From the IMG/VR virus record IMGVR_UViG_3300010376_000016, positions 1-45,394 of that record: 45,394 nucleotides of DNA, one strand, 5' to 3'. The first letter of the stretch is position 1, and the number at the start of each line of letters is the position of its first letter. The position numbers and the translations under genes were made by a program. The stretch comes from a virus. The notes below the pieces were generated by a model. That model saw only the letters and a list, made by a program, of their open reading frames with translations, did no database searches and was not told where the DNA came from. Positions 41,971-45,394 of this stretch are shown piece by piece.

Positions 41971-42176
41971 TCCTGCACCGCCTGCGGCTGGTAGCCGATC
42001 GCCGCGACCGGCGTGTCGGTGTCGTCGTAGATCAGCAGCGAGACACCCGCCTCCGCGAAGACCGCCGCCGCCAAAACGCAAGCGTTCGCGACCGTATCCG
42101 CACCCGCCACCCAGTCCTCCGTCCCCGTCGAAAGCCTGACCTTGCAGACCCCCGGCTTCGCCGCGCTCTCCGTCAT
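41967..42176 (-). CDS. Hypothetical protein (69 aa), translationally coupled to the RHH gene
   Basis: ATG after AAGGAGAAGCG. Confidence 0.6.
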   Translation of the reverse strand: MTESAAKPGVCKVRLSTGTEDWVAGADTVANACVLAAAVFAEAGVSLLIYDDTDTPVAAIGYQPQAVQE

Positions 42177-42305
42177 CGCTTCTCCTTTCTTCTCTCCGGG
42201 CGACGGTCGGTGGTGCCGACGGCGGGCGCTGCAGCGAGTCGCCGGACAGGCCGTGCCGTCGCCCGGATCTTCATATCGAGGGCGGGTACATCGAGCACCA
42301 CCCCC

Positions 42306-42545
42306 TTACGGCCGCAGATCACCCTGACGCTGGTTCGGGAAGAGCACCGGATCGAGAGCCACGAACTTCACCCGGGCGACGATCCTCGCCGCCAGCGCAT
42401 CCCGTTCCGCCTTCGAGCTCGTCTCCGACTTCGCGTAGCCGAAACGATCCCGGATCTCCTGCTCGCGCTCCTCGTCCAAGACCTCCGCCTGCTCCCGTTG
42501 CCGGTCGCGGTAGGCCTTCTGCTTCTCGGCCGCTGTCAAGGGCAT
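42306..42545 (-). CDS. Hypothetical charged helical protein (79 aa)
   Basis: Internal ATG of ORF 42306..42680; the upstream part is repeat-encoded. Confidence 0.5.
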   Translation of the reverse strand: MPLTAAEKQKAYRDRQREQAEVLDEEREQEIRDRFGYAKSETSSKAERDALAARIVARVKFVALDPVLFPNQRQGDLRP

Positions 42546-42546
42546 A

Positions 42547-42578
42547 GCGTTACCGAACCCCCTCTCTCGCGTTACCGA
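42547..42578. repeat. Direct repeats GCGTTACCGA x2, 22 bp apart, just upstream of the 42545 start
   Basis: Read directly. Confidence 0.7.
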
Positions 42579-42584
42579 GCCTGG

Positions 42585-42612
42585 CCCCCAAGCCCCAGGG
42601 CCCCAGGGCCCC
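42585..42612 (-). other. G-quadruplex motif on the minus strand: GGGG CCCT GGGG CCCT GGGG CTT GGGGG
   Basis: Four G tracts of 4 or more with 3-4 nt loops. Confidence 0.6.
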
Positions 42613-42770
42613 AGGCTCGCCGGAAGTGGGGCTGGCAAGCGGATCCTGCCGTCTTTCGCGCGCGCGCGGGGGTGGGCCACCCTCCGGGCCCGGGCCCGAG
42701 CTCGGCCGCTCCAGCTGGCCGCGAGCTCCGCCGCTCAAATACGGCGGTCTCAGGGATCGCTGCAGGCTCG

Positions 42771-43481
42771 CTAGCCCTGTATTGATGCGGGATCTAGGGA
42801 GGGTGGCTCTGGCTGGCTCTGGCCCTCCAGCAGGCTTGCCGCGAGCTCCTGCATCGCCTGCCACGACATGGATCCGAGCTCCTCAGCCGAGCTCGGGAGC
42901 TCCACGCTGATCGACGCAGAGCTCGGCGGATAGAGGAGCTCCAGAGCCCGCAAGGCCGCTTGTTGCCTAGCGATTGTGCCGAGCTCGTCGTCGTCTAGCG
43001 GCGCGTCCACGATCGCAGCCGCGAAGTCTTCCGCGCGAATCTGCGCAGCGACGCGCGCCGCTTGCAGGGGGCTTGCCGCTCGTCTGGCGCTGATGCCCAA
43101 CGTTGCGCGAGCTCTAGCGCGGGCTCTCTTCTGCTCGTGGCCCTGCTTCGAGAAGCGTCCAGGATCCCGAGCTATGCCCGTTCCAGCATGCCCAGCGCAG
43201 AGCCCGCCGAACCTGTGCGAGCGTGTCCCCCTGCAGCGCGAGCCGTCTGGCTTGATGACTCGACAGCGTCCATCGTCTGGCCCCTCGAATAACTCATACG
43301 TGTCAGGCAGGGTGTAACTTTGTGTTTCACTCTGTGACTCGTCGGGCACGACTGCCGACGCTGAACCTTGAAAACCGAGCGTCACGAGCTCCGCCGAGCG
43401 GTCTCCCTCCGTGGGACGGTTAGACCCGTCCGCGTGTTGGCCCTCATTGGCTGCGAGCTCCTGCCGCTCGGTTTCGCGCAC
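42771..43481 (-). CDS. Hypothetical protein (236 aa) with Cys/His motif RCRVIKPDGSRCRGTRSHRFGGLCAGHAG; weak candidate for small terminase or DNA-binding protein
   Basis: ORF track; GTG after GGAGGAGG. Confidence 0.6.
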   Translation of the reverse strand: MRETERQELAANEGQHADGSNRPTEGDRSAELVTLGFQGSASAVVPDESQSETQSYTLPDTYELFEGPDDGRCRVIKPDGSRCRGTRSHRFGGLCAGHAGTGIARDPGRFSKQGHEQKRARARARATLGISARRAASPLQAARVAAQIRAEDFAAAIVDAPLDDDELGTIARQQAALRALELLYPPSSASISVELPSSAEELGSMSWQAMQELAASLLEGQSQPEPPSLDPASIQG

Positions 43482-43673
43482 CTTGAAACCTCCATATTTC
43501 CTCCTCCTTACCCTGGATCACGATCCAAGCGGAGGAGCTCTCTTGACCCTGACGACCGCGACGGCGGAGCGCTTCGGCGCTGACTGGGGAGAGCTCCGCT
43601 CGTCCGCTCGTGATCACCAGTCGAATGGGGACGGGAAGGCTCCCTGTCGTGGGGAGCCGAGCTCCTCCCGATC

Positions 43674-43703
43674 CACGGTCACACACTCACACAAGGAGGA
43701 ACC
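43674..43703 (+). repeat. Intercistronic cassette copy G (first of the operon): CACGGTCAC box plus CACACAAGGAGGAAC SD, no canonical tetraloop hairpin
   Basis: Read directly. Confidence 0.8.
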
Positions 43704-43946
43704 ATGGCAGCGCATACGTCCACCCATATCGAGGGGCTCGGCGTGTTCACGATCACAAGTCACGTTGTCGAGTCGCTCGCGCTGAAGCCCTACATCGAGT
43801 TTCGCCTAGAGCATCGCTCCGAGCTCGATGGCTCGTTTCTCGGCTTCTGCGCGATGGGTTCGCACCTGTTCTGCACGGAAGCGCTGGAGCGCATCCAAGA
43901 CGAGCAGGCAGCCGGGAAGGCCGAGCTCCGAGCTCGCACCCAGTAG
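43704..43946 (+). CDS. Hypothetical early protein (80 aa)
   Basis: ORF track; SD motif. Confidence 0.7.
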   Translation: MAAHTSTHIEGLGVFTITSHVVESLALKPYIEFRLEHRSELDGSFLGFCAMGSHLFCTEALERIQDEQAAGKAELRARTQ

Positions 43947-43953
43947 CGCACGG

Positions 43954-44016
43954 GCTCCACGCGAGTGGAGCTCCACGGCTCAACAGGGGCCACACTCACA
44001 CAAGGAGGAACACACG
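43954..44016 (+). repeat. Intercistronic cassette copy H: hairpin GCTCCAC-GCGA-GTGGAGC, CACGGCTCAACAGGGGCCA box, SD
   Basis: Read directly. Confidence 0.85.
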
Positions 44017-44259
44017 ATGTCACGCAAGGATTACCGGGCGATCGCTGCCGCTCTCGCGGAAGTCGAGAGCATCATCGAGACGACGGGCGATGCTGAGGGA
44101 CACTCAGCCTCAACCCTTCGGCTCGTCGTGGACGCAGTCGGCGGAGCTCTCAAGCGCGACAATGCGCGCTTCGATTACGAGCGTTTCCAGGCTGCCGCTC
44201 TGCCGATCCAGACGGAGCGGAAGGTTCGCATCATCCGCGAGACCCTCGCACGGTCGTAA
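44017..44259 (+). CDS. Hypothetical early protein (80 aa)
   Basis: ATG after the SD motif, in frame with ORF 43828..44259. Confidence 0.7.
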   Translation: MSRKDYRAIAAALAEVESIIETTGDAEGHSASTLRLVVDAVGGALKRDNARFDYERFQAAALPIQTERKVRIIRETLARS

Positions 44260-44264
44260 GCGCT

Positions 44265-44310
44265 GGAGCTCCTCCGGGAGCTCCCACGGTCACACACACA
44301 AGGAGGAACC
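44265..44310 (+). repeat. Intercistronic cassette copy I: hairpin GGAGCTCC-TCCG-GGAGCTCC, CACGGTCAC box, SD
   Basis: Read directly. Confidence 0.85.
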
Positions 44311-44544
44311 ATGTCGGATCAGACTTATAACGGCTGGACGAACTATGAAACGTGGAATGTCGGGCTCTGGCTCATGAATGAGGAGCCGCTCTACCACGAA
44401 ACCATGCGCATCGTTGCGCGGCCTAACGCGGCGGCCGAGCTCGAATCGTTCGTGCGCGAGCTCGCGCCGAACGGCTTCGAGACCGAGCCCTATTCGCTCG
44501 ATGACGTGAACTGGGACGAGCTCGCAGAAAGCCTGAATGACTGA
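44311..44544 (+). CDS. Hypothetical early protein (77 aa; NGWTNYETWNV motif)
   Basis: ORF track; SD motif. Confidence 0.75.
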   Translation: MSDQTYNGWTNYETWNVGLWLMNEEPLYHETMRIVARPNAAAELESFVRELAPNGFETEPYSLDDVNWDELAESLND

Positions 44545-44602
44545 GACCGCTTCGGCGGTCTCCACGGCTCAACAGGGGCCAAACACACAAGGAGGAAACG
44601 CA
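44543..44602 (+). repeat. Intercistronic cassette copy J: hairpin GAGACCGC-TTCG-GCGGTCTC, CACGGCTCAACAGGGGCCA box, SD
   Basis: Read directly; the stem starts inside the upstream TGA. Confidence 0.85.
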
Positions 44603-44977
44603 ATGTACGAGCACCTGAACACCTGGACCCCGAACGGTTTCCCGTCTGCCTGTGAGGCACGGCTCGACCTGTGGGAGACAGGCAGGACGCGCGACGGGAA
44701 GCACGAGCTCCGCTATGCGCTCTGGCTCATGGCGGAGGGTCGCTCCGCGACTATCGAGGGTGAAGACTTCTGGCCCTCCCCGCTTCACGCGCTTGACTCG
44801 GACGAGAGCGCTGCAGGCCTGCTCGGCTTCCTCGCATACGACGCGGAAGCGCTCAGGTTCGGCACGGATGACGAGCTCATCATTCAGCGCTACTCAGAAC
44901 GTCAGCGCGAGCTCCTCGAACGGCTCGGAGACGAGCTCAGTATGTGGAGCTCGGAGCTCGAAGACGGAGCCGCTTAG
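44603..44977 (+). CDS. Hypothetical early protein (124 aa)
   Basis: ATG after the SD motif. Confidence 0.7.
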   Translation: MYEHLNTWTPNGFPSACEARLDLWETGRTRDGKHELRYALWLMAEGRSATIEGEDFWPSPLHALDSDESAAGLLGFLAYDAEALRFGTDDELIIQRYSERQRELLERLGDELSMWSSELEDGAA

Positions 44978-45017
44978 CGGCTCCCACGGTCACACACAAC
45001 ACAAGGAGGAACCTGCA
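44966..45017 (+). repeat. Intercistronic cassette copy K: hairpin GGAGCCGC-TTA-GCGGCTCC (stop TAG spans the loop), CACGGTCAC box, SD
   Basis: Read directly. Confidence 0.85.
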
Positions 45018-45221
45018 ATGACTGGTACTGCCGATCTGAGTTTCGAGCAGATTTTCACGATCCATCGCTCCGCTCAGGAGACGAGCTCACACATACATCG
45101 TGTGCTCATCCACCCGGGCTACACCGCAAAGGCGGTCCGCGTCGTCTTCGAGTGCGGCTCACGCTCATTCGCATTCGGCGTCCTGCGCGACGGTAGGCGC
45201 GTTCCCGTAGAGACGCTCTAG
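45018..45221 (+). CDS. Hypothetical early protein (67 aa)
   Basis: ATG after the SD motif. Confidence 0.7.
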   Translation: MTGTADLSFEQIFTIHRSAQETSSHIHRVLIHPGYTAKAVRVVFECGSRSFAFGVLRDGRRVPVETL

Positions 45222-45228
45222 TCACATG

Positions 45229-45293
45229 GCCCCGCTGCTCGCGGGGCTTCACGGCTCAACAGGGGCCAGAACTACACACAAGGAGGAACCACG
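45229..45293 (+). repeat. Intercistronic cassette copy A: hairpin GCCCCGC-TGCTC-GCGGGGC, CACGGCTCAACAGGGGCCA box, SD (3' part duplicated at 1-22)
   Basis: Read directly. Confidence 0.85.
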
Positions 45294-45394
45294 ATGGAAA
45301 CACTCACTGCTACGCCGTGCGTGAACTGCGAGTCACGCTCATACGTCGAGCACGTTGACGTGAAGATCGCAGGCGAGCTCTACCGCGTCTGCGA
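45272..45394. repeat. Terminal direct repeat, identical to 1-123
   Basis: Base-by-base comparison. Confidence 0.97.
45294..45394 (+). CDS. Truncated duplicate of the 5' end of the 23..592 gene (assembly overlap, not a separate gene)
   Basis: Identical to 23-123. Confidence 0.9.
   Translation, partial: METLTATPCVNCESRSYVEHVDVKIAGELYRVC

Larger units (their letters stand above)
1..45271. mobile_element. Complete temperate phage genome (one unit length); integrase plus attP, full virion and lysis modules
   Basis: Ends overlap by 123 identical bases; gene content covers lysogeny, replication/recombination, packaging, head, tail and lysis. Confidence 0.9.

Noticed and set aside
42306-42680. Long 124-aa form with a GPWGPGAWGPG segment, possibly collagen-like
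   Set aside because: The Gly-Pro segment is just the translation of the G4/C-tract repeat. The internal ATG at 42545 gives a coherent charged helical protein.
43543-43548. TTGACC as the -35 of the early-left promoter
   Set aside because: No acceptable -10 element lies 16-18 nt downstream. The promoter of this operon remains unidentified. A degenerate AGCGC-TTCG-GCGCT hairpin nearby may be a decayed cassette.

Overview
The window is one complete high-GC temperate phage genome. Bases 1-123 are identical to 45272-45394, so the unique length is 45271 bp and the contig is circular or terminally redundant. An Rpf-like transglycosylase, a CHAP/PG-binding endolysin and an attP carrying a tRNA-Ser-like fragment suggest an actinobacterial host. 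Layout: (i) a plus-strand operon of small early ORFs runs from 43.7 kb across the junction to 3.4 kb. (ii) A divergent switch region at 3.4-4.85 kb lies between a zinc-finger/HTH regulator and a Cro-like XRE gene. (iii) A plus-strand recombination and DNA-metabolism chain at 4.8-11.1 kb includes a protein with an SSB-type tail, a Cas4-like exonuclease, an HNH endonuclease, an Hjc-like resolvase and a three-gene putative 7-deazaguanine DNA-modification module. (iv) A tyrosine integrase and attP lie at 11.9-13.5 kb. (v) A long minus-strand late operon at 13.7-37.1 kb encodes fibres, TerL, portal, scaffold, capsid, an embedded lysis cassette and podovirus-like tail/ejection proteins. (vi) A second plus-strand early block at 37.3-41.4 kb contains a HicA-like/ParB-like fusion. 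(vii) A five-gene minus-strand island lies at 41.4-43.5 kb. I found no rRNA, no complete tRNA and no CRISPR array. The most unusual feature is an 11-copy intercistronic cassette in front of the small early ORFs, made of a GC hairpin with a UNCG or GNRA tetraloop, a CACGGYCA box and an ACACAAGGAGGAAC ribosome-binding site. All functional calls rest on motifs read by eye. No searches were run.
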